64,000 nt of DNA from an uncultured delta proteobacterium (GTDB taxonomy: Bacteria > Desulfobacterota > RBG-13-43-22), in the NCBI GenBank assembly GCA_963743305.1, contig CAVUPH010000012.1:64001-128000 (forward strand), read 5' to 3'. Under the pieces are notes generated by a model. That model saw only the letters and a program-made list of their open reading frames with translations. It searched no databases and was not told where the DNA came from. A program made the translations under genes and the position numbers. Positions 9,244-19,550 of this stretch are shown here, piece by piece (within the stretch, counting starts at the first letter, position 1; each line of letters begins with the position of its first letter).

Positions 9244-11118
9244 ATGTTCGAAGAAAAATGGGTATCGGCCGATGAGGCCTTGAGCCGGATAAAAAAGGGG
9301 AGCCGGGTCTTTATCAGCTCCGGCTGCGGGGAACCCCAATACTTGGTGGAACGGCTGGTCAAACAGGCCGAGCGTTTCTTTGACGTCGAGATTATTCATG
9401 TCCTGAGCATTCGGGATCCCGGTTACTCTTCCACCGGGTTGAGCCACCACTTCCGGGTCCGGACTTTCTTCGTGGCCGGCCGCGGGGCCCGGGAGGCGGT
9501 CTGGGAAGGACGGGCGGAATACATCCCTATTTTCATTTCCGACATCCCCCGACTGTTCAACGACCGGCGCCTGGAGATCGACACCGCTTTAATCCAGGTT
9601 TCCCCGCCGGACAAAAACGGTTATATGAGCCTCGGAATTGCCGTGGACGTGGCCAAGGAAGCGGTGGAGGCCGCCGGAACGGTCATCGCCCAGGTCAACC
9701 CGGCCATGCCGACCACCCTGGGCGGCGGCTTCATCCACATTCGCGATGTCGATTTCCTGGTCGACAAGGAGGAGCCTCTGCTCGAGGTGGGGAGACCCCC
9801 GTTGAGCGAAACCGATTGGGCCATCGGTCGCAACGTGGCCCGCCTGGTGGAAAACGGGTCCACCCTGCATGCCGGTCTGGGGCATCTCCCGGCCACGGCC
9901 CTGCTGTCCCTGAAGGACAAAAAAGATTTGGGCATCCATACCGACATGCTTACCGAGGCCTACTTGGAATTAATCCGTTCCGGGGCCGTCACCAACGAGA
10001 AGAAAGAGATCAACCGCAAAAAGGCCATCGCCTCCTACTGCCTCGGCGGCCGCGAGCTGTTCGATTTCGTGCACCTGAATCCCTTTGTGGAATTCCATCC
10101 GGTGGCTTACACCAATGACCCCAATGTCATCAGCCAGCACGATTCGATGGTTTCCATCCATGAGGCCCTGGAGGTTGATTTTTCCGGGCTGGTCTGCACC
10201 TCCAGTGGCCGGAACCGGATTTATAGCGGCATCGGCGGCCTGGTCGATTTCATGCGTGGCACCTCACGGGCCCGGAAGGGAAAGTTTATCATTGTCTTGC
10301 ACTCCCTGACCCGGGACGGCCAAGCCTCCTGCATCGTCCCCGGCATCCCCCCCGGTTCGGGGCTGATAGCCAGTCGCGCGGCCGTTCAGTACGTGGTGAC
10401 CGAGTTCGGGTGGACGAATTTACACGGCAAGTCCCTTCGGGATCGGACTATTGCCCTGTTAGAGATCTCCCACCCCAAGTTCCGCCAGGAGTTATTGAAC
10501 CGGGCCCAGTTGGATGGACTGCTGGCCCATGGTGAACCGATCACCTTCTCCACCGCCGGTATCTACCCGACGGAAATGGAAAAAAAATTCACCCGTCGCG
10601 ATCAGTCCTTACTGTTGCGGCCGGCCAAACCCACCGATCTCCGCTCCATCCAGGAATTTTTTTACGGGCTCAGCGATCAGGACATCTACTACCGGTTTCT
10701 CCGTTCCAAGCACACCTTTCCCCGGGAAGAAATGGCCGCCATCGTGGATATCGACTACCATAACCGGATGACCCTCCTGGTCCTCTCCGGCGACCCGGCC
10801 TTTGAGAAAATCGTGGCGCTCGGGCGATATATCGCCGAATCCGCCCAGGGGTTAGCCGAAATCGATATCGCCGTGAGCCCGGATTACCGCCGTCTGGGCC
10901 TCGGGCAGGCGGTGCTGGAAGTTCTTTTCGAAACCGCCAGAAACAAAGGCTTCCAGGGGATCAAGGCCCTGGTGGATTACGACAATCCCAGGATGATCAT
11001 GCTACTCAAGAAAATGGGCTATAACATGCGGGCCACCCTGGATCACGGGGTTTACGGAATCGAAATTCTGTTTGAGGAAAGCTCCGCGGAGCCCTCCTTC
11101 GTGGTTACTTATGCCTGA
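9244..11118 (+). CDS. Acetyl-CoA hydrolase/transferase fused to C-terminal GNAT acetyltransferase
   Basis: VSADEAL, QVSPPDKNGYMSLG, SGIGGLVDF, YVVTEFG; then LRPAKPTD...YYRF...YRRLGLG (GNAT motif A). Confidence 0.88.
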   Translation: MFEEKWVSADEALSRIKKGSRVFISSGCGEPQYLVERLVKQAERFFDVEIIHVLSIRDPGYSSTGLSHHFRVRTFFVAGRGAREAVWEGRAEYIPIFISDIPRLFNDRRLEIDTALIQVSPPDKNGYMSLGIAVDVAKEAVEAAGTVIAQVNPAMPTTLGGGFIHIRDVDFLVDKEEPLLEVGRPPLSETDWAIGRNVARLVENGSTLHAGLGHLPATALLSLKDKKDLGIHTDMLTEAYLELIRSGAVTNEKKEINRKKAIASYCLGGRELFDFVHLNPFVEFHPVAYTNDPNVISQHDSMVSIHEALEVDFSGLVCTSSGRNRIYSGIGGLVDFMRGTSRARKGKFIIVLHSLTRDGQASCIVPGIPPGSGLIASRAAVQYVVTEFGWTNLHGKSLRDRTIALLEISHPKFRQELLNRAQLDGLLAHGEPITFSTAGIYPTEMEKKFTRRDQSLLLRPAKPTDLRSIQEFFYGLSDQDIYYRFLRSKHTFPREEMAAIVDIDYHNRMTLLVLSGDPAFEKIVALGRYIAESAQGLAEIDIAVSPDYRRLGLGQAVLEVLFETARNKGFQGIKALVDYDNPRMIMLLKKMGYNMRATLDHGVYGIEILFEESSAEPSFVVTYA

Positions 11119-11184
11119 TCCCCGGCACCCCTGCCCCGCTCCAGAATTTCCGCACCATATTATTCTGCCGGAAGCGAATACGCT

Positions 11185-12351
11185 TTGGTCCGCACCAGCC
11201 TTTACCTCTTTCTAATCGTTTTTCTAACCGGCTACGGTTTGGTTAACGCCTATATTTTCATCCGGGGCTGGCCGGCCACGGCCTGGATGCGGCGTTTTTG
11301 GCGAAAGGCCGTCCTGCTGCTCTTCGGGCTGTCCGTCCTCTCCTATCCCCTGGGCCGTTTTATAAGCAGGCGGGTGCCTCTACCGGGAGAAGACGGGCTG
11401 GTCCTGATGGGATCTTTTTATCTGGCCGTCATGATTTACCTGTTTTTGGGTTTGCTATTTCTGGACATCCTCCGTCTAATCCGCTATTTGACCCCAACAG
11501 TCCTGAAAAGACACTTTCGGCCCTGCGAGATAGCCCCCCGAACAAAATTTCTGCTGATGATCGGCATCGTACTGATCACGGTATCCCTGGGACACTGGAA
11601 TGCCTTACACCCTCGGATTCGAAACCTGGAGATAACTCTCCCTCAAACCACCGGTCCCAGGAAACAATTGAGCGTGGTCATGGCCTCGGACCTGCACCTG
11701 GGGCGGATCATTCGCAACTCCCGCCTGGAAAAAATCGTCGGGCTGATTAACGAATTGAAACCGGACCTGGTCCTGCTGGCCGGAGACCTGACCGATGAGG
11801 ACATTTCTTTTCTCTCGGACCAGAACACGGCCGCTATCCTGCAGCGGATCCAGGCCCCTTTAGGCGTCTATTCGGTTACCGGGAATCACGAATACTATGG
11901 TGGAATAAAAAAAGCCGTGGCCCTTTTAAAACAGGGAAAGGTGCGGGTCTTGGAAGACCGGACCGCCCGGATCGGCGACTGCCTTTACCTGGTCGGGCGA
12001 AAAGACCGGACGGCGGAACGGTTTGGAGAGCCAAGAAAACCGTTGGGGGAACTGATGCAGGAGGTGCCTTCCGGCTACCCCGTTATCCTGATGGACCACC
12101 AGCCCTTTCAGTTGGCGGAGGCCCAGCGGCAGGGCGTTGGGTTGCAGTTATCCGGGCATACCCATAACGGGCAGCTTTTCCCGATCAATTACCTTGTGGG
12201 ACGGATTTTTGAAAATCCCTGGGGCTACCTCAAAAAAGGGAATACCCACTATTACGTTTCCTGCGGGGTGGGCACTTGGGGTCCGCCGGTGCGCACCTGC
12301 AGTATCCCCGAAATTATTCATATCCGCTTGACCCTTCAATCGGGTTATTAA
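11185..12351 (+). CDS. Membrane-anchored metallophosphoesterase (YkuE-like)
   Basis: SDLHLG, GDLTD, GNHEY, SGHTHNGQ; N-terminal TM helices. Confidence 0.9.
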   Translation: MVRTSLYLFLIVFLTGYGLVNAYIFIRGWPATAWMRRFWRKAVLLLFGLSVLSYPLGRFISRRVPLPGEDGLVLMGSFYLAVMIYLFLGLLFLDILRLIRYLTPTVLKRHFRPCEIAPRTKFLLMIGIVLITVSLGHWNALHPRIRNLEITLPQTTGPRKQLSVVMASDLHLGRIIRNSRLEKIVGLINELKPDLVLLAGDLTDEDISFLSDQNTAAILQRIQAPLGVYSVTGNHEYYGGIKKAVALLKQGKVRVLEDRTARIGDCLYLVGRKDRTAERFGEPRKPLGELMQEVPSGYPVILMDHQPFQLAEAQRQGVGLQLSGHTHNGQLFPINYLVGRIFENPWGYLKKGNTHYYVSCGVGTWGPPVRTCSIPEIIHIRLTLQSGY

Positions 12352-12356
12352 AAATT

Positions 12357-12504
12357 CCGCCGCTTCGCCTTTTTGAGTGCGTCCCCCCCAGATCTGGTAT
12401 GGCCGTGGGGTCTCGGCGAAAGGTCTTGCCAAAGGTTCCAAAAGTACTCCGGACATCGAATCCGGGCCTAACTTACTAATTTTATTTAAAGCAGGCCCAT
12501 ACTC
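12357..12504. repeat. Dispersed ~145-bp intergenic repeat, copy 1
   Basis: Aligns with 46716-46854; near-identical 3' block TCCGGAC(A/T)TCGAATCCGGGCCTAACTTA(C/T)TAATTTTATTTAAAGCAGGCCCATACTC. Confidence 0.85.
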
Positions 12505-12507
12505 CGA

Positions 12508-13416
12508 TTAAGCAGAAACCACGGCTTTGGAGAGTTTGATCGGGTTCAGACGGATGATTAAACCCTCCAGGCTAATCCGGTCTAGGTGGGGAACGGTCCG
12601 GTGAAAAGAGAATAGGTAGGCGCCCTCCACCAGCTCCGGTTTGAGGAAGGGGAGGCAGTGTTGACGAAAATCTTCATAGGCCAGGGTATTCATCAGGTCA
12701 AAGCATTTCAAGGTTTCGGGATATGGTCTTTTCGATTTCCGCCCCTGGCAGTCAAAATCCCGGGGAAGAACGCGATCCAGTAAAGGAAGGAGGTCCACTT
12801 GGTCCTTATCCACTGTTCCCAGAAGCCTGATAAAATTGACCGGGATGAATCTTTTTCTGTTGGGAAGCTTATAAAACATGCGTCCTTCCGGATCGATTTT
12901 TATTTCCTTGTAATTGGTCCCCAGGTTCCAATTCGAAGAACGCACATTATGATTGATGGCCAAATCCTGGAGCCCGAGACGCCAGTTTTTTAGGTTATAA
13001 AGGCTGGCCTGATCCGCTGAATTGGTTAGAGTTGGGGGATAGCAGGGTTCAATCAAAAAGCGAAAGTAGTTCTGGGAAAGTGACTGGTTGAGCCGGGTTA
13101 ACTCCTGGATTTCCCGATTCAGCTTGCGGGCGGTCTTCAGCCAACCTTCTCCCAGTCGCCTGACGTATAATTCCTTAAAGTGCTGGAGGGACGCGGGGTT
13201 TCGATCATGATCCAGTTTTTCAAAGGCCAGGTTGATCTCGGCCACTTTTCTGTTTCTCAGCGTTTTTAAGGGTTCGTTTCCCAAAGGCGCTCGGTCGGGA
13301 TGATAAATCATCATCAAGGCCCGGTAAGAAGACCGGATCAGGGCAAACAGGTCCTTTCCTTCCAGCGTTCGGACGATTTCCGGAGAAAGCCCTAATAATT
13401 CAAAAGGGTTTTTCAT
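12508..13416 (-). CDS. J-domain-containing protein
   Basis: NPFELLGL...SYRALMMIYHPDR...EINLAFEKL; uncharacterised C-terminus. Confidence 0.75.
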   Translation of the reverse strand: MKNPFELLGLSPEIVRTLEGKDLFALIRSSYRALMMIYHPDRAPLGNEPLKTLRNRKVAEINLAFEKLDHDRNPASLQHFKELYVRRLGEGWLKTARKLNREIQELTRLNQSLSQNYFRFLIEPCYPPTLTNSADQASLYNLKNWRLGLQDLAINHNVRSSNWNLGTNYKEIKIDPEGRMFYKLPNRKRFIPVNFIRLLGTVDKDQVDLLPLLDRVLPRDFDCQGRKSKRPYPETLKCFDLMNTLAYEDFRQHCLPFLKPELVEGAYLFSFHRTVPHLDRISLEGLIIRLNPIKLSKAVVSA

Positions 13417-14795
13417 GACGTAAAGATCTTGCCGGGATTGAGGATGTGATTCGGATCAAAGAGGTCCTTGATTTTTTTCATCAGGGCCAGGGGCAGCGGA
13501 TCGATTTCCCAGGATAGGTAGGACGCTTTAGCCAGACCGATTCCATGCTCCCCCGAAAGGGTGCCTCCCAGTTCGATAACGGTCCTGAATATATCTTCAA
13601 CAGCCAGGTGGGCTTTGTCCTCTTGGTTGGATATTTTTTTATCAAACATGACATTCACATGAATATTGCCGTCACCGGCGTGCCCGAAACAGACCACCAA
13701 GAGGTCGAATCGGCGCCCGATTTCCTGAAACCTGCGGATGGCTTCAGGAATATGCGCCCGGGGCACCACGATGTCTTCATTGATCTTATTGGGACGGATG
13801 CGAAAAAGGGCGGGGGAGATGGATCGCCGGGCCTTCCAGAGATCTTCCGCCTCCTGAGGTGACGAAGCGGTCCGGATCCCTACGCCTCCCAGTTGTTCGC
13901 AGGCCTGGACCACCCGGCGGCTCTGACGATTCACCAGGTCCCGGTCTCCATCAACCTCGATCAGCAGGGCGGCTTCCGCCTCCCGGGGGAAATCCAGTTC
14001 TAAAAACTGGTCCACCGCCTGAAGGGAGGGTTGATCCATGAATTCCAAGCTGGAGGGGACGATGCCGGCCTGTAATATTTCCACCACCGCCCGGGTGGCT
14101 AAATCCAACCGGTCAAAAAAAACCAATACCGGCTGACGGGTTTCGGGTTTAGGCAGCAGCTTCACCGTGAATTCAGTAAAAATCCCCAAGGTCCCTTCCG
14201 AGCCGACCAATAGGCGGGTCAGGTCATAACCCACCACCCCTTTGGCGGTTCGGGTACCGGTCTTCAGAATTTCACCGGTCGGCAGGACCACGGTCAAAGC
14301 CAGGATGTAATCTCGGGTCACCCCGTATTTCACCGCCCGGGCGCCTCCGGCACACTCGGCCACATTCCCTCCCAAAGTGGAAAAACGTAAGGAAGCCGGA
14401 TCGGGAGGATAGAAAAGGCCCACCGCTTCCACTGCGGATTGCAGGTCTCGGTTGACCACGCCCGGTTCAACCACGGCCAAGAAATTCTGGGTATCGATAT
14501 TTCTGATGCGGTTAAACCGGCTCATGACCAGAACCAGTCCCCCCTGAATCGGAACCGACCCGCCGCTCATCCCGGATCCGGCCCCTCGGGGGATCACCGG
14601 AAACCGGTATTCATTCGCTAATCTCAAAATAGCGCTGATTTCTTCAGCGCTCCCGGGAAAAGCCACGGCCTCGGGCATCGCCTGGAAGGCGGTGGCGTCG
14701 TAGGCATAGCACTTCAGTTCGGTTTCCTGATCGGTGATCTGCCCCGGACCAACGATTTCACGTAGGGACTGATAGGTTTCCTGGCTGAAAGGCAT
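13413..14795 (-). CDS. FAD-linked oxidase, GlcD / D-2-hydroxyacid dehydrogenase family
   Basis: PRGAGSGMSGG, YPPDPAS, GSEGTLG, GHAGDGNIH, SGEHGIG, NPGKIF. Confidence 0.9.
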   Translation of the reverse strand: MPFSQETYQSLREIVGPGQITDQETELKCYAYDATAFQAMPEAVAFPGSAEEISAILRLANEYRFPVIPRGAGSGMSGGSVPIQGGLVLVMSRFNRIRNIDTQNFLAVVEPGVVNRDLQSAVEAVGLFYPPDPASLRFSTLGGNVAECAGGARAVKYGVTRDYILALTVVLPTGEILKTGTRTAKGVVGYDLTRLLVGSEGTLGIFTEFTVKLLPKPETRQPVLVFFDRLDLATRAVVEILQAGIVPSSLEFMDQPSLQAVDQFLELDFPREAEAALLIEVDGDRDLVNRQSRRVVQACEQLGGVGIRTASSPQEAEDLWKARRSISPALFRIRPNKINEDIVVPRAHIPEAIRRFQEIGRRFDLLVVCFGHAGDGNIHVNVMFDKKISNQEDKAHLAVEDIFRTVIELGGTLSGEHGIGLAKASYLSWEIDPLPLALMKKIKDLFDPNHILNPGKIFTS

Positions 14796-14813
14796 GGAAT
14801 TTATAATACCGGC

Positions 14814-15740
14814 TTAATATCCAAATTCGGTTAGGGCGGCCGGGTTTGAATGTCGGACCTTCAGCGTTTGCCAATGATCGACCGGAACTCGCTCTAAATA
14901 CTCCCGGCGGCTCCCCACCCCGTATACCCATTCCTGGAACCATTCCCGGCTGCCCTCCTCGGTTCGGGTGGCCCGGGCATAGTCCAGATAGACCGGGTCA
15001 TCGTGGCCGTAATAGCCTTGAACCGCCGACGGGTGGGCGCCCCAAGGCTCTTCCACTACCCCTGAGACGGTAAACCCTGGAATGATAGTCCGGTTGGGAT
15101 CGCTGCGGATTACCTCCGGGTCAACGATCTCCTCCGTAATAATGAGCACCGCTTTGGCGGCTCTGGCCGCCGTGGCGCTGACGCCCATGTTCCCCCAGAG
15201 ATGGGCGTTTCCCTGGGGATCGGCTCGCTGGACATGAATAATGGCCAGGTCGGGCTCCATGGCCCGAACCAGCAGCAGCGGATCCCCGGTGAAAGGGCAG
15301 GGGCTCACCTTAAACGCCAGATTGTTCCGAATAATGTGGGAGCCCAGCAAGGTCCGGGCGGGGAGATAAGGAACCCCTAAGGCCGCGGCTTGCAATCCCA
15401 GGGCAATGGTAAAATTGGAGTGATTTTCCATCACCAGGGAGTGCGGCTTGCCCTGCTCCACGGCCCGGCGCAGATGATACCCGATTCCGGTACTGACATT
15501 GCCTACCCAAGCGGCCTGAATCCGGGTAACACAGCCTCCCCCGATCAATTGATCGAAGAGCATATCGGATATCGGTCCGATTAGGGTTAAGTCTCTGATG
15601 CCTTGACGGATTAATTCGTGCCCGGCGGCAAAAGGAATCAATCCCTCCAGGGAAGTGCCCAAGGCTATGGACATACCAGGTCTAACCAGTCTGGAAACGG
15701 CCTCGGGCATGGACATCAGCTTGGATTCAGTCAAATACAT
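14814..15740 (-). CDS. Family I CoA-transferase alpha subunit (glutaconate CoA-transferase GctA-like)
   Basis: IPFAAGHELIRQG, PDLAIIHVQRADPQGNA, PWGAHPS; start placed at MYLTESKL. Confidence 0.8.
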   Translation of the reverse strand: MYLTESKLMSMPEAVSRLVRPGMSIALGTSLEGLIPFAAGHELIRQGIRDLTLIGPISDMLFDQLIGGGCVTRIQAAWVGNVSTGIGYHLRRAVEQGKPHSLVMENHSNFTIALGLQAAALGVPYLPARTLLGSHIIRNNLAFKVSPCPFTGDPLLLVRAMEPDLAIIHVQRADPQGNAHLWGNMGVSATAARAAKAVLIITEEIVDPEVIRSDPNRTIIPGFTVSGVVEEPWGAHPSAVQGYYGHDDPVYLDYARATRTEEGSREWFQEWVYGVGSRREYLERVPVDHWQTLKVRHSNPAALTEFGY

Positions 15741-15792
15741 AAGTAAATTAATGTAACATTTGTATTTTAAAAAGAAAAGAGGTAAAAAGATA

Positions 15793-15821
15793 TTGACAAA
15801 AGACTCATTTTTTTTGATAGT
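15793..15821 (+). promoter_or_regulatory. Putative sigma70 promoter for thiolase-acd-gcdA operon
   Basis: TTGACA-N17-GATAGT in AT-rich divergent spacer. Confidence 0.45.
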
Positions 15822-15915
15822 TACAAGTTTAACGGACTTACCGGTTGCGAGGTTATCAAGATTGTAAGCCGCCGGAGGGGGATAAACCCCTTTCCGGTCA
15901 AAAAAGGAGGAAGGT

Positions 15916-17100
15916 ATGCGGGAAGTCGTCATAGTCAGTGGTACCCGGACCCCCATCGGGCGGTTCGGTGGCACACTAAAGGATGTCAGCGACATGGACA
16001 TAGGCGCTTTGGTCATTCGAGAGGCCCTCAAGCGGGCCGGGATATCCGGGGATCAGGTGGATGAGGTAATCTTCGCTTCCGGTTATCGGACCGGCGATCT
16101 GCCCATCAATTCAGCCCGAGTGGTGGCTGTCAAGGGCGGGATTCCCATCGAAAAACCCCAGTTTACCATAACCAAGGCCTGCGGTGGAAGCCTGAGGGCC
16201 GTATCTCTGGCCGCCCAGATCATCAAGAGCGGGGATGCGGATGTTATCGTGGCCGGCGGCATGGAGGTTATGAGTCGGGCGGCCTATCTGTTGAAAAATG
16301 CCCGCTGGGGATATCGTCTGGGTCATGGACAACTAATGGACCAATTAATCCTCTTTGACCCCCTGTCCGGAAATACCATGGGAGAAACCGCGGAAAACGT
16401 GGCCGTCAAATATCAGGTGACCCGCCAGGAGCAGGATGAGCTGGCCTTGATCAGCCAGCAGCGGGCCGAAGCCGCTATCAAGAACGGGAAATTCAAAGAA
16501 GAAATAGTTCCGGTGGAAATCCCCCAGAAGAAAAAACCTCCCCTGGTCTTTGATACCGACGAGCACCCCCGGTTGGGAACCACCATGGAGGCCCTGGTCA
16601 AGCTGCAGCCGGCCTTTAAGAAAGACGGCACGGTAACGGCCGGTAATTCCAGCGGGATGAACGACGGGGGTTCCGCCTTGATCGTCATGGCCAGGGAAAA
16701 AGCCGAGGCCTTGGGATTAAAACCTTTAGCCACCATCGTCTCTTACGCCTCAGCCGGTGTCGAACCTTCTCTGATGGGCATCGGTCCTATCCCGGCCACT
16801 CGAATGGCCCTGGAAAAAGCCGGGTTGACTGTTAATGACCTGGATTTGATTGAGCTCAACGAGGCCTTTGCCTCTCAGGCGGTAGTCTGCATCAAAGAAT
16901 TGGGTATGCATCTGGATAAGGTCAATGTGAACGGCGGGGCCATTGCCCTGGGGCATCCGATTTCCGCCTCGGGCGGGTGTCTGCTGGTTAAACTGCTTTA
17001 TGAGATGGGTCGGCGAAAAGCCCGCTACGGCCTGACTACCATGTGCATCGGCGGCGGCCAGGGAATTGCCCTGATTGTTGAACGAAAGTCCGACCTCTAA
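15916..17100 (+). CDS. Acetyl-CoA C-acyltransferase (thiolase)
   Basis: TKACGGS, NEAFA, GHPISASG, CIGGGQG. Confidence 0.93.
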   Translation: MREVVIVSGTRTPIGRFGGTLKDVSDMDIGALVIREALKRAGISGDQVDEVIFASGYRTGDLPINSARVVAVKGGIPIEKPQFTITKACGGSLRAVSLAAQIIKSGDADVIVAGGMEVMSRAAYLLKNARWGYRLGHGQLMDQLILFDPLSGNTMGETAENVAVKYQVTRQEQDELALISQQRAEAAIKNGKFKEEIVPVEIPQKKKPPLVFDTDEHPRLGTTMEALVKLQPAFKKDGTVTAGNSSGMNDGGSALIVMAREKAEALGLKPLATIVSYASAGVEPSLMGIGPIPATRMALEKAGLTVNDLDLIELNEAFASQAVVCIKELGMHLDKVNVNGGAIALGHPISASGGCLLVKLLYEMGRRKARYGLTTMCIGGGQGIALIVERKSDL

Positions 17101-17147
17101 TCGCTTTGGTGCTTCGAATTTTGGACTAATAATGTAAGAATTCACTC

Positions 17148-18303
17148 ATGTTCCTTCATCTCAGCCCGGAACAACGGGCGCTGCAAAGACAGGTCCAGGC
17201 CTTGGTGGCGGAACGAATCGCCCCGTGGGCGGCGGAAATTGACGCCCGGGACGAGTTCCCTCAGGAAAGCTATCTGGCCTTCAAGGAGACCGGTTTGCTC
17301 AAGCTGTCCCTTCCCAGGGAGTACGGCGGGATAGCGGCGGATGCCACCACCCTCTGCCTGGTGATTGAGGAGATCTCCAAGGTCTCCCCGGCCTCGGCCT
17401 TGTTGGTTTTTCCCACCCAGGCCGTGATCCGAACCATCCGGGAAGTGGGCACGGAGGAGCAAAAGCAACGTTTCTTTTCCGCCATGTCGGCTGGGGACAA
17501 ACTGGCCGCCTTCTGTCTGACCGAGCCCAACTACGGCTCTGATGCCGGATCCCTGCAAACCCGGGCGAACTTGGAAGGTGATTACTATCTGGTGAACGGG
17601 TCCAAGACCTATATCACCCAAGGCCCACACGCTCATTTCTACCTGGTTTTTGTCCGAACCGGGCCCGGGAAAAGGACGGCCGGAATCAGCGGGCTTATTA
17701 TCCCGCGTGATACCCCGGGATTATCCTTCGGAAGGAAAGAGCGCAAAATGGGGTTGGGGGGATCGGTCACGGCCGAGATGATCTCTTAAAGATGTCCGGG
17801 TGCCCAAAGATAATCTGCTCCTCTCCGAGGGGCAGGGATGGACTATCCTTTCGCGGCACTCCAACCCCATGAGGGTCTGGGGGGCCGCTTCCATGGCCCT
17901 GGGAATCGCCGAAGGAGCTTACGAAGCCGCTCTGGAATTTGCCAAAAAAAGGGTCCAATTCCGACGAAAAATAGCGGCCTTCCAAAGCATCCGCTTCATG
18001 CTGGCCGACATGAAAATGTCCATCGAGGCCACCAAATCCCTGATCTACCGGACCGCGGACCTGATCGATTCCGGTGAAGGCACTTTCCGGGACATAGAAA
18101 CCCTCGTATCCATGTCCAAGTGCTATGCCTCGGACATGGCCATGAAGGTAACCATCGATGCCGTTCAAATCTTCGGCGGGGCCGGGGTTCTCAAAGGCTG
18201 CCCGGTGGAGCGGATGATGCGGGACGCCAAGGCGATTCAGATCTTCGATGGCAGCAACCAGATTCAACGGATGATCGTTTCGAAAAATATTATTTTAGAT
18301 TAA
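17148..18303 (+). CDS. Acyl-CoA dehydrogenase (single-base frameshift ~17784)
   Basis: FCLTEPNYGSD, NGSKTYIT, ERKMGL; EMI(+1)KDVRVP junction; GCPVERMMRDAKAIQIFDGSNQIQR. Confidence 0.85.
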
Positions 18304-18346
18304 TGCACGGGGTTATCAATCCCGTCAATACCCGAGGAGGAATGCC

Positions 18347-19510
18347 ATGGATTTTGAATTATCGGAAGAATTGCAGGCGGTACGGGAGATGGCCCGCGAT
18401 TTTGGGACCGAAAAGATCGCCCCCTTTGCCGACAAGTGGGATATGGACCATTATTTTCCCTATCAGGAAGTCATCAAGCCCATGGGCGAACTGGGGTTTT
18501 TCGGGACGGTGATCCCTGAAGAATACGGTGGAAACAATATGGGCTGGCTGGCGGCCATGATCCTGACCGAGGAGATCGCTCGGGCCTCCAGTTCCTTGCG
18601 GGTCCAGATCAATATGCTGGCCCTGGGCTGCGCCTTCACTATTTTTCGCTACGGGACCGAGGGCTTAAAAGAAAAATATATCTCCAAGCTGGTCAACGCC
18701 GAATACTTGGGCGGTTTCGGCATCACCGAACCCAACGCCGGTTCGGATGTCATGTCCCTGAAATCCACGGCCGAGGACAAAGGGGATCATTGGTTGATCA
18801 ACGGCTCCAAGACCTGGATCTCCAACGCCAGCATCGCCGACGTACTCATTTATTACGCTTACACCGACCGCTCGGCCGGCGGCCGGGGCCTGTCGGCCTT
18901 CGTCATCGAGCCGAGGAATTTCAACGGGATCTCCACCACCGATCTGGACAAGCTGGGTTCCCGCTCGTCCCCCACCGGGGAGCTTTATCTGGAGGATACC
19001 CGCGTTCCCAAGGAAAATATCCTGGGCAAACCCGGAGACGGGGCCAAGATCGTTTTTGGTTCCCTCAATCAGACCCGGCTCTCGGCGGCCGCCGGCGGCG
19101 TTGGACTGGCCCAGGCCTGTCTGGACAGCGTGACCAAGTACTGCAACGAGCGCGAACAGTTCGGCAAACCCATCGGTCAGTTCCAGATGAACCAGGACAT
19201 GGTGGCCCAGATGACCGTGGAGATTGAAGCCGCTCGTTTGCTGGTTTATAAAGCCGCCTGGCAGAAAGATCAGGGCAACCTGAACAACAATCTAGAAGTG
19301 GCCATGGCCAAATACTTCGCCGGCGAGGTGGTCAACAAGGCCTCCAATTTCGCCCTGCGGATTTTAGGGGCCTACGGCTATTCCACCGAATACCCGGTGG
19401 CCCGGTATTACCGGGATGCCCCCACCTATTTCATGGTGGAAGGCTCGGCCAATATCTGCAAATGGATCGTGGCCCTGGATCAGTTGGGCATCCGGAAAGC
19501 GAACAAGTAG
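18347..19510 (+). CDS. acd: Glutaryl-CoA dehydrogenase, non-decarboxylating
   Basis: Closely resembles the Desulfococcus multivorans enzyme as recalled: PMGELGFFGTVIPEEYGG, SSLRVQINM, RDAPTYFMVEGSANICK (Val before catalytic Glu); adjacent gcdA. Confidence 0.92.
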   Translation: MDFELSEELQAVREMARDFGTEKIAPFADKWDMDHYFPYQEVIKPMGELGFFGTVIPEEYGGNNMGWLAAMILTEEIARASSSLRVQINMLALGCAFTIFRYGTEGLKEKYISKLVNAEYLGGFGITEPNAGSDVMSLKSTAEDKGDHWLINGSKTWISNASIADVLIYYAYTDRSAGGRGLSAFVIEPRNFNGISTTDLDKLGSRSSPTGELYLEDTRVPKENILGKPGDGAKIVFGSLNQTRLSAAAGGVGLAQACLDSVTKYCNEREQFGKPIGQFQMNQDMVAQMTVEIEAARLLVYKAAWQKDQGNLNNNLEVAMAKYFAGEVVNKASNFALRILGAYGYSTEYPVARYYRDAPTYFMVEGSANICKWIVALDQLGIRKANK

Positions 19511-19550
19511 GGGCAAGGCAGGCCAGGCCGAAAAGCAGCCAACCAAAGTT

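Noticed and set aside
15741-16031. N-terminal extension of the 405-aa CoA-transferase ORF
   Set aside because: Overlaps the thiolase gene and the divergent promoter; homology begins at ~15740.
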